DNA of 64,000 nt from Octopus vulgaris (GCA_951406725.2 OX597822.1:58776001-58840000); one strand, 5' to 3'. Shown: positions 27,185-40,440, counted from the first letter of the stretch. Numbers and translations: made by a program. Notes: generated by a model from the letters alone, not told the origin.

Positions 27185-29585
27185 CTGAAAATACAGATAT
27201 AAATGTCAATTAAAAGTAGCAATTGTTAATAGTAAAGAATTGTAAAATTAAAATTTTGATTATGATCAAATGGGATTGTTAAATTTAAGATATTACAGAT
27301 TACTGCTTGGTTGAGATTTTCCACAGAGATAAGCATGCCAGAATTAATATTTGCTGCTAGGAAGTTTGGAGTTATGACTTGGGAGTTCAAATTCTGCGTG
27401 ATTCAACTTATAGTTTTCTTTATTTATGAATGACAAAATAAATACCATGTTGACAAACTAGGCACCAGCCAATGAGAGAGTCTGTGGTCACTTGATCAAT
27501 TAGAAATAAGAGCCAAATATCTCTCAAATCGCATCTACTATCTTAACAAATAGGTACACTGTCTGAAAAAGAAAAAAAAGCTTGATTGGCCATGGTTGGA
27601 ATGCCTTTGACATAAGCATGCTAAATCTCAGAACTGGCCTGGGGCTAAACAACTGCAACAACAGTAGCAACAGAAAAGGTATAATTTAAATACAGTGTCA
27701 AATTGACTGGATGCTTGACCTAACAGGGTCTTCCTGTTGAGTTTTCTCAATAGCCACTCTATATAGAGGTGCATAGTAGAAATACTCATTGCGATTTTGT
27801 GCGAATATGAGAACTTCATTATCCCCACCATGAAGACCGATTAAATTATAAACTATGGAAAATCATCTAACTTTATAAAGTTAAACAAAACTTAGTGATA
27901 GTCAACATTAGGAGAAAAGAGTTAATAATACTTGTAAGATAAAAGGTGGGAGCTGGTAGACTTGTCAGCACGTAGGATGAAATGCTTAACTGCATTTCTT
28001 CTGGATCTTTATATTTGGAGTTCAAATTCTGGCAAGATCACCTTTGCCTTTCATCCTTTTGTGGTTGATAAGGTAAGTACCAGTTGAACACTGGGGTCAA
28101 TGTAATTGACTTGCTCCCATTCCTAAAACTGCTGGTCTTGTACTAAGATTTGAAACAAAATTTGGTTTGTATGTCAACCCATGCCAGCATGGAAAACAGA
28201 TGTTATAGGGTGATGATGATGATGATGCCATAAGTGAAGACATGTTGCTTAATGCTTACAGTGTTGGGCTCACAATCACAAAGTCATGGGTTCAATTCCT
28301 GGACCAGGTGGTATGTTGTGTTCTTGAGCAAGGCATTTACTCTGCTGAAATGAGTGCCAGGAGTATTTGGGGGTTGGGGTGAGGATTAATCTTGTAGTGG
28401 AATAGCATCCCACTCAGGAAAGAGCCCTGTACTCTTTGTTGCTTATATGTAATGGAAACCAGTCCAATGGACTTACATGCTCAAGGTAACCTTTAATTAA
28501 CTTTATACCATGAAGGGAAATGAGCTGTAATCTTTTGTATATAGACATCATCATTATTTAGCATCTGCTTTCTATGTTAACATGGGTTAGATGGTTTGAT
28601 TGAAACTGGTATGCTGGAGGGCTGCACCAGGTTCCAATCTGATTTGGCACGGTTTCTACAGCTGGATGTCCTTCCCAATGCCAATCATTCCAAGAGTGTA
28701 ATGGGTGCTTTTTCATGTGCCACTGGCACAGGTGGCAAGTTATGTGACACTGGCATCAGACACAACTGTGATTTCACTTGGTTTGATGGGTCTTCTTAAG
28801 CATGGCATATCATCAAAGGTCTCAGTCATTTGTCATTGCCTCCGTGCGGCAATGACAAGTGCATTGAATTTCTTCTGTTATTTCATAAATTAAATATAGC
28901 TAAGCATTTGAGCAAATTCCATATGAAATCCATGAGAGCCAGCAAGTTTGGGGAAATTTGAAAGTCAATTACATTGACCTCAGTAATCAACTGGTACTTA
29001 TTTTATTGACCCTGAAAGAATGAAAGGCAAAGTTAACCTTTGTGGAATTTGAACTCAGAAAGTAAAGATGGACAAGATGCTGCTAAACATTTTGCCCACT
29101 GTGCTAATGATTCTGCCAACTCATCATCCTAATAATAATAATAATAATCCTTTCTTCTATAAGCACAAGGCCTGAAATTTCGGCAGAAGGGGCAAGTCGA
29201 TTACATCAACCCCAGTCTGTAACTGGTACTTATTTCATCAATCCCAAAAGGATGAAAGGCAAAGTTGACCTTGGTGGAATTTGAACTTAGGATACACTGA
29301 TTTTGCCCGGTGTGCTAACGATTCTGCCAGCTCACCACCTAATAATAATAATAAAAATAATAATAATATTTGAAAATAAATAATGATGCAAAAGAGACAA
29401 GGTACATGTGAGTCGATGGACAAAGATACATACACCATAAATTTATAACATACAGTTGCAGAAAACATGTATGCTCACACATATTCACATTTCCAAACAC
29501 ATACACACACATTCACATACAGCCATCACCTACACACACACATGCAATATAATAGTTTACAAGTATTAATCATGAAATATATTAC

Positions 29586-29720
29586 CTCATACAGATAGAA
29601 CCAATTCCACATAATATTGATAAAAAACGTCACTACTATAAGTTTCGAGATCCTTTTTGCTGTAAACAAGTTAAACAGGAAAGTGGTGGCTATTATCACA
29701 CATACAGCAACAAGAAAACA
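29586..29720 (-). CDS. CLCC1: CLCC1 homologue exon (TM1-TM2, ..INIMWNWFYLYE)
   Basis: Acceptor (t)n gcag|TGT, donor GAG|gtaat, 135 bp. WNWxYLY is the CLCC1 signature. Confidence 0.9.
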
Positions 29721-30833
29721 CTGCAAAAAAAAAAAAAAGATACATACATATATATATATATCAATGAACAGTAAATGATAATGATGAAGATAAATATCTG
29801 ATACTTGAAATGTTATTAAAATCGTAATTTTTTGAACCAAGATGTAAATCATCTTGTTCGTATGTCTCTCTGCAAAAACGATGATCAAGAAACGAAAAGG
29901 TAATTAAAAAAATTAATGAAACAAAAAGCAGTCTATGGGAAGTTTAAAAAATTTTCTGTTAAAAAACGAACTTGTACTTGTGTTTATTTTCTTTTTAAAA
30001 AAGTCAAGTAATCAGCTATTTCATATTTGAAGTGCAAGTTGTCTCCCTTAGAATACTTTATTTTTATTTATTTATTTATTTATTTAATTTTTTTTTTTTT
30101 TAAGCAAATAACAGATTTCTCTGGAAACCACCACCATTTTACATCAGACAACCAAGAATTATAGATATTCATTGCTGGTTGTTTTTGTTCTTTTGTTGCT
30201 TAATTCCACGTTAGCCCTGCGATCAAAGGCATTCCAGCTTTGCTCAATCTCTCTTTGTATATACATGACTACAAGTGTAATTTTTTTTAAAGACGGTTGG
30301 GTATGATTTGAGGGAGATTTGATTGTTATTGCCAGCAACTCAAGTGACTATGTAGAGGCTCCCTCCTCTACTTGTTTCATACTGTTGGTGTGTTGTAGTT
30401 GTAGACCGCCACACTTCTGACGCGTGTATCATAAAGTTTATTTTAACGAAGGAAAATGAATCTTTCTTCATTAATAAGGACAACTGAAGGTTTTCTTTCT
30501 TTCATGTTGTGCTTTAGACGATCTAATATTAACCTGCTTCTAAACGAAGCACCAAGTTATATCCTGTAATTAACAACGTGTAATTATCTCCTATAGATCC
30601 TATATATGGTCACTTTACAGCAAGGTATAGCAACCATCACACTGAACAATGTAATCCTTGATATATAAAATGACATGGAATGTTTTTCATCATTTGTTTA
30701 ATCAAGGCTGAGCTTTGTATAAACAAACCCACTAGGCAGAAGTAACACGCAACTTTACAACATAGAGCTAAGAGAAGAAATCAACATCTCAAGATGAAGA
30801 CAATGACTCAAACCTTCACTTTTCTGAGCCAAG

Positions 30834-30947
30834 CCAGTCACACTTGTCCCCAGTGAGCCATATCGTCACACCTGACCTTAGTAAGCCATACTGTCATACT
30901 TGTCCTTAGTGAGTCATACTATCACACCAGTCCTCAGTGAGCTATAT
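30834..30947. repeat. Minisatellite, about 28-bp unit x4
   Basis: cttgtccccagtgagccatatcgtcaca-like units in tandem. Confidence 0.7.
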
Positions 30948-31630
30948 TCTCCCTTACAATACATTACATACAATCCCTCATTCTAATTGTTCTGGCTTGT
31001 TGAATTCTCTTCTATTCTTCCATGTTTTCTGTCAATACCCCAACTCCTTACATGTGCAGGCATGACCATGTGGTTAAGTTTGTTTCACAACTATATGATT
31101 TCAAGTCCAGTCCAACTGCACTGTACATCAGGTAAGTATCTCCAGCTATCGCTTCAACTTCACAAAGTCAAATTTAATAGACAGAAACTGTGTAGAACCC
31201 TGCCGAAGGGACCTTTCTTCTTCTTAGCAGCTGGTAGACTTAATAGCTCAGCTTAACATCACCACCTGGACCATGGGTGGTTTTAGCAGAGTCCCCTTTG
31301 TTGCAGTCATTTAGGTTGGTCTTAGGTCTGAGAGTAGCTTGCACCCATTCTCCTGTTACTCACAAAAGTCATGAAGAAGGCCATGGATGCTGCTCTTTCG
31401 CTATTATTAACTAATTACAAAAATTATTGTGGCCAATGGAACTCCTTTCTTTTTTATCATTCACACAATACTCAAGTCCTGCTATCCAACTATCATAATA
31501 ATAAACCATTGTCATTTATTTTCATCCATTCTTCTAATAGGTAATCTTTCAGTCTCTGTTTCTACTCAATGATGAAAAAGAAAATGTTTATAGCATAAAA
31601 CATCTGGAAGGATCTGAAAAAAATACATAC

Positions 31631-31858
31631 CATTTCAACTGAGTCCACAAAATATTCTCTGAAGTAAGTTGAGCCACTATAATTACTATTAAAAGGTGTT
31701 ATATCTTTGACCATATGTGACAATACTTCTACAACATCATCAAAGTTGGTTTGGCCATTCACAAACTCATGTAGGATTTTGTGGTCAGTAATTGACAATT
31801 CAAAAAATAATTCGTAGTCAATTTTCTTTTGAGATTCTTCCTGATCAGCTGTTGACTG
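31631..31858 (-). CDS. CLCC1: CLCC1 homologue exon (QSTADQEE...DSVEM)
   Basis: NAGNAG acceptor ttttgCAG|CAG, donor ATG|gtatgt, 228 bp, phase 0. DYELFFELSITDHKILHEF resembles the CLCC1 lumenal region. Confidence 0.8.
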
Positions 31859-31898
31859 CTGCAAAACAATATTTACAACTGTTAATTGTACTAATATT

Positions 31899-32340
31899 TG
31901 GGAATGACTTCTGCCCGTCCTCCCTGCCCCATTTTCTCACAAATTTGTTTATTTTAATTTTTTTTTTTTTTGCCATAAATCTCCGATTTTGGATACGGAA
32001 GTTCTGGAAAATTGCCAAATATCGGTATTGTGAAATTTTTTTCCCCACTTTCCCACCAACTTCTTCAATTTTGACTTTTTCCCCAACACTAACCCTAAAA
32101 CTGTAATTACAGAAATATTTTGAAATCTTTGTCTGAATTATGATGTCCATATTTTTCCGCATATTTAGGGAAAAAAATTCTAAAAAAAATATTTTACAAA
32201 GATTTTTGGAAATTGTTTTGAGAATCATAATCTCCGTATTTTTCTGCATATTTTGAAAAAAAAATTCTGAAAAAAGGTTAAAAATGAAGGAAATGGGGGT
32301 GGGGGTAATTTAGAAATGTCGATTTTTGCCAATTTCCACA
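31899..32340 (-). mobile_element. Interspersed repeat containing TTAGGG; second copy at 49880-50390
   Basis: Shared aaaatatgcggaaaaatacggagattatg blocks and gaagtc(a/t)ttcc end. Confidence 0.6.
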
Positions 32341-32890
32341 TAGAGAGTGAAGTGGAGGAATACAAACAGATGCGAGATATGCAGGGATATTGTATCTGCA
32401 GTTTCATTATTTAAGCAGAATGGTATACATATACGTTATATGGTAACAACATTGGGTCGGCATAGATAGAGGAAAGATCTCTACCCCAAACATTAAATGA
32501 AAAATATTGGGTTAGTAAAAAAGTTCAGTGTTTTTCAATTGGTGATGTTTAATCACATGATCTGTTTTATCATGTGACAAGAAAATGATATATATATATA
32601 TATATGGTGTAGATATATATATATATGGTGTACATATAACTTATATGTATACCATTCTGCTTAAATAATAGAACTGCAGATACAATATCCCTGCATATCT
32701 CATGTCTGTTTTCATTCCTCCACTTCACTTTCTATTTCATATCTTCTCTAGAATAACTATTGCTTAACCATTCTCTCGCACCATCTCCAATGAAGGGATA
32801 TATAAAATATCCTGGAAACAGCTGTAAGACCTTCTTTTTATAAATGTTCTGAAATCTTGGATTTTTTTCTCATTCTGTTAATGTTTTATA
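32341..32890 (+). mobile_element. Penelope-like cassette: about 100-bp inverted repeat plus decayed HHR (32784-32829)
   Basis: Arms about 32341-32443 and 32633-32735; tct-CCAATGA-a-GGGATAT..ATATCCT-g-GAA-ACAGCTGT-A-aga. Confidence 0.65.
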
Positions 32891-32892
32891 TA

Positions 32893-34291
32893 TCATTATC
32901 ATCATCATCATCGTTTAATGTCCGTTTTCCACGCTAGCACGGGTTGGACGGTTCGACCGGGGTCTGGGAAGCCAGGGGCTGCACCAGGTTCCAGTCTGAT
33001 CTGGCAGAGTTTCTACAGCTGGATGCCCTTCCTAACGCCAACCACTCTGCGAGTGTAGTGGGTGCTTTTTACGTGCCACCTGCACAGGTGCCAGGGGTGT
33101 CCAGCATCGGCCACGATCGGTTAGTGCTTTTTATGTGCCACCGGCACTGGAGCCAGTCGAGGCAGCGCTGGCATCGGCCACGTTCGGATGGTGGTTTTTA
33201 TGTGCCACCGGCATGGGTATCACAACTACTATTTCCATTGATATTTATTTCGATGTTCATGTACTTGACTCAACAGGTCTCCTCAAGCACAGCGGGATGT
33301 TCTGGAATCCAAGGTACTTTGAATGGGCAGGGGCTATGCGGAACTGGTGCAGGAAGCAGCCCGGGTCTTTGCAGTCACAGCATATCTCCAGAGATCTTGG
33401 TCCTTTGCCATTGCCTCAGTGAGGCCCAACGCTCTGAGGTCATGCTTGACTACCTCATCCCATGTCTTCCGGGGTCTACCTCTCCCCCTGATACCTTCAA
33501 CTGTTTGGGAGTGGCACTTCTTCACACATCTCTCCTCATCCATCCGCAGTACATGACCATACCATCGCAAGCGTCGCTCTTGCACACCATATCTGATGTT
33601 TCTTATGTCCAGCATTTCTCTCAGGGTGCTTACCCTCTGTCGTGCACGCACACTGACATTACACATCCAGCGGATCATGCTAGCTTCATTCCTTTCAAGT
33701 CTACGCATGTCCTCTGCAGTCACAGCCCATGTTTCACTACCGTGAAGCATGGCAGTTCGCACACATGCATCATACAATCTACCTTTCACTTTGAGTGAGA
33801 GACCCTTTGTCGCCAGTAGGGGTAGGAGCTTTCTGAACTTTGCCCAGGCTATTCGTATTCTAGTGGTGACACCCTCTGAGCATCACCTCCACTACTAACT
33901 TGGTCACCCAGGTAGCGGAAACTATGAACTACTTCTAGTTTCTCCCCCTGGAGTGTGATGGAATCTGTTTTCTGAGTATCTGTGGTGTCTATTGTCCCTG
34001 TGCATCTGCCGCACATGAAAGCTATCTTATCAGTTAATTTCCCTTTGATGTTGCTGCACCTCTTATGCGTCCATAGCTTACACTAGGTGCATCTTATGGA
34101 GTTTCTACCTACACCTTTCCTACAGATCGAGCAGGGCCACCTGCCTGAAGGGGTGTGTGCTGAGTTCGCCTTTCTGCTTACTATAACTTTGGTCTTTGCT
34201 ACATTTACTCTAAGGCCCTTTGATTCTAACCCTTGCTTTCACACCCAAAATTTCTTTTCTAGTTCCGGTAGTGATTCTGCTATGAGAGCCA
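32893..34291 (-). mobile_element. 5'-truncated RTE-clade LINE with (TGA)n tail
   Basis: LALIAES..GLRVNVAKTK..PHD..LEVVHSFRYLG..MLHGSETW..RLRWYGHVLRM..GRGRPRKTW. Its 3'UTR matches many short copies in the window. Confidence 0.92.
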
Positions 34292-34759
34292 GCAATAATG
34301 AACAAATCGAGACTTTAATAAAAAATAATCCATGTTACACAAAGTGAGACGTCACAGAGATTTTCCACATACTTCATGTGAGCGTTATAAAGCATTTAAA
34401 AATACTTTGTTACATGAATTACTATGATATTTGGGTGCCTTATAACTTAATAGAAAAAAACTTAAAGCACATTTCCATCTGTGATTCTCAGATGAAACAA
34501 AAACAATATTTAGATATCTAAATATTGTTAATGAATTTTACTTAAAAAATTTTACTTGCACTTTTTTTACCAATCCAATAGTATGTTGAGGGGAGTAAAT
34601 CTGATCTTTGGTAGATAAGTGACAGTTACTCAAGGTATGTGTTACGGTGGCACAGAAACTGAAACCACATAGTTGTGAAGCAAATTTTTTAGCCACACAA
34701 CCATCTTGCACCTGTCATCATTATCTAATACTATCTAATAACCCTTCTTTTGGGTTATG

Positions 34760-34960
34760 TGCATCTTCCACATACAAAAGTTTTCCTGTTAATCTTCCTC
34801 TGATGTTGCTGCACCTTTTATGTGTCCAAAGCTTACACTGGGTGCATCTTATGGAGTTTCTGCATACACCTTTTCTACAAATTGAGCAAGGCCATCTACC
34901 TGAAGGGATTTGTGATTTGTCTGCCTTCCTATTTACTAAGACTTTGGTTTTTGCTAGGTT
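34760..34960 (-). mobile_element. RTE fragment (PHD region)
   Basis: NLAKTKVLV..GRWPCSICRKGVCRNSIRCTQCKLWTHKRC. Confidence 0.8.
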
Positions 34961-35469
34961 AACCAGAATATATTTTCAGTTAATGTTCCCTTTAATGTGT
35001 GTGTGTGTGTGTGTATGTTTTACAATTAGTGCACAAAGGGAAAATTGTTCATAACCGAGGTTTGCAAGATGAAATCAAATTTCTAAAAATTGAAGACAGT
35101 TACTTGATTGGGAGCACTCATACTTTGCAAGATAGGACAAAATTTGCTCACAAGCAATTTTTTACACATAACTACAGCAAAGAATTAGAGGGGACATTAC
35201 TTTCAGTTATCCATTATTGCAATGGGAAGCTACATCCTTTTCATTTTCCCACAATCAGTAAAAGTTCTGTATTATTTGTTTTTCTAGCTGGGAAGAGATT
35301 TGCTTCAATAGTTACTCATACTAATAAACACAGGCATGGATGTGTGGTTAAGAAGTTTGCTTTGTGACTGCATGAATTTGAGTTCAATCCTAATACATGG
35401 CACCTCAGGCAAGTGCCTTCCAGATGTCTTAAATACTCCATATGCTTCATGACTTGAGATATAGTTTTG

Positions 35470-35760
35470 CAAGCAAGTATTTTTTGATGTTTTTTAACTG
35501 GGCATTGAGTATTTTGATTATAGTGGCTAGCAGGAAATAGTCAAAAGGCTTTGCTGAAGTCAATGGTAGTTAAAAAGGAGGGGTCTTTTTCTGGTGTTGT
35601 GGAAGTCTAGTATTTTTTGTGTAAATTTCATGATTAGTATGATAGGTGACTGTAGTGATCTGAATCCAAGTTGTGAGTCAGAAAGAATGTGTAGATAGGT
35701 GATATCAAGGACAATTGTTTTAGGGTGTACCTATCAAGGTGCTGGATCAGTGTAGTGCAG
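35470..35760 (-). mobile_element. Decayed LINE RT fragment (Jockey/I/CR1-like)
   Basis: ILSDSQLGFRS...TTIDFSKAF on the minus strand. Confidence 0.55.
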
Positions 35761-36255
35761 TTTCAGTTGTATTTCTATGTTCTAAAATTGTCATAATTTT
35801 GCTTGTTTTCAGATTCTAGGAAGTTGGCAGTGTTAGAATAAGAAATTCAAGATTGGATTGGTGAATGCAATAAATCCAACAGGTGATATATGGAGTATCA
35901 TTAATTTCCTGAGGTTTCTGAATTCAGGTTTAGAAAGGCTAGGATGGACAAAATTCAATAAGAGGAGATGGGTGCTTATCTTCTTGAAGAGGTATTGTCA
36001 GCCTAGATTTGGCCTAACAATAGACATTTAGAAAGAACAAATACTATTAGTGGATACAAACAACTGATGCTAACAACAAGCAGTATAAATTTGGAGGAAT
36101 TTTCAATTTGGATTAGCCATTAAAATAGGAGACAAAAATGAAAATTTACATTGTAAGCTATTTATAAGTGCTTTCTCTAACACTTTTATAGTAGGTAATA
36201 AGGAAAATAAGATTTAACTGCCAACCTTTTTGTTTTGAATAAATTTTTACATTAC

Positions 36256-36348
36256 CTTTACATCTGGTAATTTTGACAGCAACTTTCTCACAAATTGTTT
36301 CACTACCAGGTCTTGAGAACATGTCTGTTCAATATTTGGAAATCTCTC
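36256..36348 (-). CDS. CLCC1: CLCC1 homologue exon (ERFPNIEQTCSQDLVVKQFVRKLLSKLPDVK)
   Basis: Acceptor ttattaacag|GAG, donor AAG|gtaat, 93 bp, phase 0. KQFVRKLL resembles CLCC1 FRRYLNKIL. Confidence 0.7.
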
Positions 36349-37280
36349 CTGTTAATAAAAAACAATATTTACAACTATACCAAACATGTAAATAGAATAA
36401 TCTTTTCTATTTAAGCAGAGTAAACAATATGATCTGTCTATGAAATGTCACTAAGTTTAAATGGCTACACAGTAAAAATAGTTGTGGTCATTACAGTACC
36501 AACTAAAATTGGTTGCCAAATTTCTGTTATATATTATTATCTCTATACAGGGAAGGAGGCATTTTTTTGAAAATTTAAATAATAGCATTTGTTGGAAGAC
36601 TTGAAGCAAGATTGGGACTTGTTATTTTCCAAGCTAATTGAAAGAAGAATAATTCCGTGAGAAGATAACTATAATAATGCTTGTAGTTATGACTCTATGC
36701 CCTGTAGCTAGCCTAGCATCTTAAATTGAGTGATATTGTACAGTTGAATTACATCCCAGGTTTCAGTCACCTATACATGAATTATGGCAAAAAGAGACTA
36801 AAGAAAACTCAGGTATGAGTTATGAAGTCGTACCTGAATATCTGGACCACAGAGAACTGAGACACATTGAAGACAGTCTTTATCTAGCCAAAATATGTCA
36901 GTATGGAGTTAAGATGTTAAATGTTAATAATGATATTTGAGAATATTTTCCATTGTACTACTAACAATGTTATCCAACATTTTGTATATTTTTCACGTGT
37001 GTGTGTGTATGTGTGCATGAAGATAATGACCAAAAGACAGCCTTTGCCAAGTGGCAGGCACAATATGCTTTCTGCCCATGGGTACCTTCAATAGATACAA
37101 CTCTGATGCAAGAATTTGGATCCTTCTTTCCCCACAGATATTCAAGCTGAAGACATCTATTGCATCAATCCAATTGTTATGAGAAGGACTTCAAAGGTTA
37201 AGAGCACTGCCCATCAACTCTTTAAAAAAATCATTTACAAAAATAAGAAAAATTAAATGAACATAAAATACATTTCATAC

Positions 37281-37370
37281 CCATAAATCAGAATGGACAG
37301 TGTGCTGGTTTAAAATACAAGTCAGTGTAAGGATCTGGACCAAAGTTAAATACATTTTAGATGGCTTCAT
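37281..37370 (-). CDS. CLCC1: CLCC1 homologue first coding exon, signal-peptide-like (MKPSKMYLTLVQILTLTCILNQHTVHSDLW)
   Basis: Acceptor ttgtattttccag| at 37391, ATG at 37370, donor TGG|gtatga. Hydrophobic N-terminus as expected for CLCC1. Confidence 0.65.
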
Positions 37371-38149
37371 TATGCTTTTGATTGAAAGGACCTGGAAAAT
37401 ACAACAATGGAAAAAAAATTAATTATAAAATTACAAATAGTACACACAGGCACACACACAGACATATGGCTGTGATTAAGAAATTCATATTGCAGCCATA
37501 TGCTTCAGGACTTAGTCCTATATTCTACATTTTGGGCAAATAACATCTTTTATAGCCTTGGGTAGATCAATGGATATATCTGCAAAACATTTTATGGTTT
37601 GCCTTCATTTCTGGGGCCCCCATGAGAAAGTGAAGTGTTTTTCTTACAAATAAAACTGTTAAGGAACTAAAGTAAACTAGTGCACAGTAGAGTGCCATAA
37701 AGAATCCAGTGTGATGTTGTCACTATTTGGATCCACTAATTATTTTGACTACATTCCTTAATTAACCTGACTATTAACTACAAAAGTGTATCAAATATTA
37801 AGAAAAGCAAATACATGAAACAATTACTTTTACTCCAAAATTACGGCCTTCTTCCTTGCATTTGACATCCTCTTGGTTATGGAGAGGATATTGAACTCAC
37901 TGACAAATTGTATTGTGCAGATGAACAATTATGAAAGTTTAACAATGGTATTTATAGTATAAAATCTTGTAGTTGAGGGTAGAAGGCTATTATTCTTTAT
38001 TTGAAAATCATCAATTACGACAACAAAGTCAGCAGCTACAATGACAAAGCTCAACACAACGACGCATTAGACCAATTTTGGAATAAGTGAAGAACAATAT
38101 TATTCAATCATTAAAATGGCCATTTATTTAATGTCATTACATTAGTTGT

Positions 38150-38435
38150 TTGGAGGTGCAATGGCCCAGTGGTTAGGGCAGCAGACTCGCAGTTGGAGGA
38201 TTGTGGCTTCGATTCCCAGACCGGGCGTTGTGTGTGTTTATTGAGCAAAAACACCTAAAGCTCCACGAGGCAACCCGTAGTGCTCTTTTGCCCCAAATTT
38301 CTCTCACTCTTTCTTCCTGTTTCTTGAGTAACACTGCAATGGACTGGCGTCCTGTCCAGCTGGGGGGAACACATATGCCATAGAAACTGGGAAACCGTAC
38401 CCATGAGCCTGGCTAGGCTTGAAAAGAGCGCATAA
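38150..38435 (+). mobile_element. tRNA-derived SINE, family D
   Basis: ggaggtgcaatggcccagtggttagggcagcagactcgc..ttcgattcc head; the 3' part is shared with 4590-4745. Confidence 0.75.
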
Positions 38436-39012
38436 AAAAATATAAAAAATTTGTTGTTACAATGTTGAAGATGATTATAATGTAAGTCGTTACAATATAG
38501 AAAATAACATTTTATTGCTGTTTGGGTACACAAGTTATTTGTAGGTTTTGAGACCATTTTGTATGATAGCTGGTAGTTAGTTTGATCTCTGCCACTACTA
38601 GAGAAAGGGACAAGAGTAAGGCTGATAAAAATGGTAAGGGTTGTATTGTTCCTTGCATAAAGTCGCTGATTTCTTTCTTCATCATTGATAGAATGAAGAA
38701 GAAGCTGAATTACCAAAGAGATCAACTGACATTTGGTTGTGTATTTATATTCTTGCTAACTAAATTAGGTTAAGCTAAAACGAAGGGATTTCTCCTCTGT
38801 AACAAGTTTGACCCATGAATAACTTGAAAAGGTCTAAGAGGTTCATTTATTCTCATTAATCTCTTTGTGCAAGAAAGGTAAAAGCATTAGGCCAATTACT
38901 TATTTGACAATGCGGAAAAATGTGGATTCAGTTTCATATTCTGGTTCAGAAATTTGTAGCTGTTTGTTACATCATTTTACCTCCAGATAATTTGCCGAGG
39001 ATAAAATATTGA

Positions 39013-39421
39013 GGATCTTTTCGGTTTGAATGGCAGTTTTTTCTAGCGGTGTCATATGAAATTGTCACCCACAATTATGACCCTAGAATCGATCTATTGC
39101 ATTTCAATCTCTTTTAGGGTTAGGGGTGGGGGAAGGTATCTTTTTTTCTTCACAAATGTAAATAAACCCAATCTGTTTCTTAAACGAGGGACATATTCAT
39201 ACTGCACAGAATGCTTTTTAACTCAATAGACGTCACTGATTGGTTGAAATTGCAGAAATTGAAGAAAAAAAACAACAAATATCTTACAAACTATAGAATT
39301 TTCTCAATAAAGCCAAGAGAAAAAGATGTTTTATAAACACATTCTACCAGTATACGAAGTTTAAAATTTTTTAGTTACCTAGAAATTATGTTAAAAACTG
39401 CCGTTCAAACCGAAAAGATCC
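39013..39421. mobile_element. MITE with 28-bp TIRs and 9-bp TSD (Mutator-like)
   Basis: ggatcttttcggtttgaatggcagtttt / aaaactgccgttcaaaccgaaaagatcc; TSD aaatattga at 39004-39012 and 39422-39430. A related partial copy ends at 40954. Confidence 0.85.
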
Positions 39422-40361
39422 AAATATTGATGACAGTAAAAATTGCAGGAATGTGCACTATGTGAATTGATGACTGTTCAATGTTGTGATTGGAAAGTGT
39501 GATGTTAAGCCAAGAAAAATCATACTAGGAAAGAGAATCTGAGGTGATGTATACAGGATAGATATCTATTTGAGTGGTTCTAAGTAATTCAATGTCGCTT
39601 CGTGTGTATAGTGCACAGCCTGGCTTTGCCTTCAGAGGTAGTGTTAAGTGAGCATGCACATGATTCAGTAATGGATTGTGTATAAAATGCAGAAGACATT
39701 CACCTGAGGATTTTCAGTGAAAGGAGCTGAGACAACAGAGTGCATCGCAATCAATGATATGACTGAAAAAGTATGTATGCTGTGTAAAGTGCCTTAAAAG
39801 AAGTGCAGAGGCCAAGTGTGTCAGGCTTTGTGGTCATGTACATTTGCTGTGGGTTTAGCATGGCAACAAAATGTGACATGCTGGCTTGTTGAGATAGGCA
39901 AACTTTCTCTATGTCTACTGTGACCATCCTGTGGTCTTACAGAGGTAAGTTGCGCCGTGAAGCAAGTGTGCAGAGAGCAAGATTAGATATCCAACAAAGA
40001 AAACAAGTCAATGAAGGCACAAATATTAAGGTGCTTGCGTGTAACAGGGTGTAAGTATACGCGTATATATGGACGTTGATTATTTTTTGTACAAAAAATA
40101 TAAAAAGTGCAAAGATTAATTAATCTGCAAAAAATCCACAAACATTTAAGAGAAACTATGTAGCAGAAAAACACGTCTTTACTCACTCACACATACACAA
40201 AGACACACACTCGTCTATCTTCCACCTGCTGTCACATCAAAACAAATGTCACCTTTCAAATAGGAATAGAGAGATAAAAAAATTTTATGGAAATTCACGA
40301 ACAATCATATGATCCCATATGATCGAGTTCCACAACTATGCTGTTTGTAAAGAAAGAATAC

Positions 40362-40440
40362 CTGTCGTAATCCTTCGGTATAACGTTATTTACCCACACA
40401 ATTTTCCACCATGATAAAAAGGCCGACACTTCCGGCGGTG
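40362..40440 (-). promoter_or_regulatory. Candidate CLCC1 promoter / non-coding first exon
   Basis: ETS-type CCGGAAGTG at 40427-40435, local CpG enrichment, donor CAG|gtattc at 40362. Confidence 0.45.

Noticed and set aside
30834-30947. 28-bp repeats as a CRISPR array
   Set aside because: No unique spacers, eukaryotic context and no cas genes; it is a minisatellite
31845-32249. 134-aa K/I/F-rich ORF overlapping the CLCC1 acceptor
   Set aside because: Low-complexity translation of the TTAGGG-containing repeat
37827-38110. Alternative CLCC1 first coding exon (MSNARKKA or the hydrophobic CVVVLSFVIV frame)
   Set aside because: Weak splice signals or no start codon; 37281-37391 has a better acceptor and a signal-peptide-like sequence
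38150-38225. tRNA gene (also the heads at 9174, 10997 and 53277)
   Set aside because: A/B boxes are present but there is no full cloverleaf or T-run terminator, and each continues into a repeat body, so these are SINE heads
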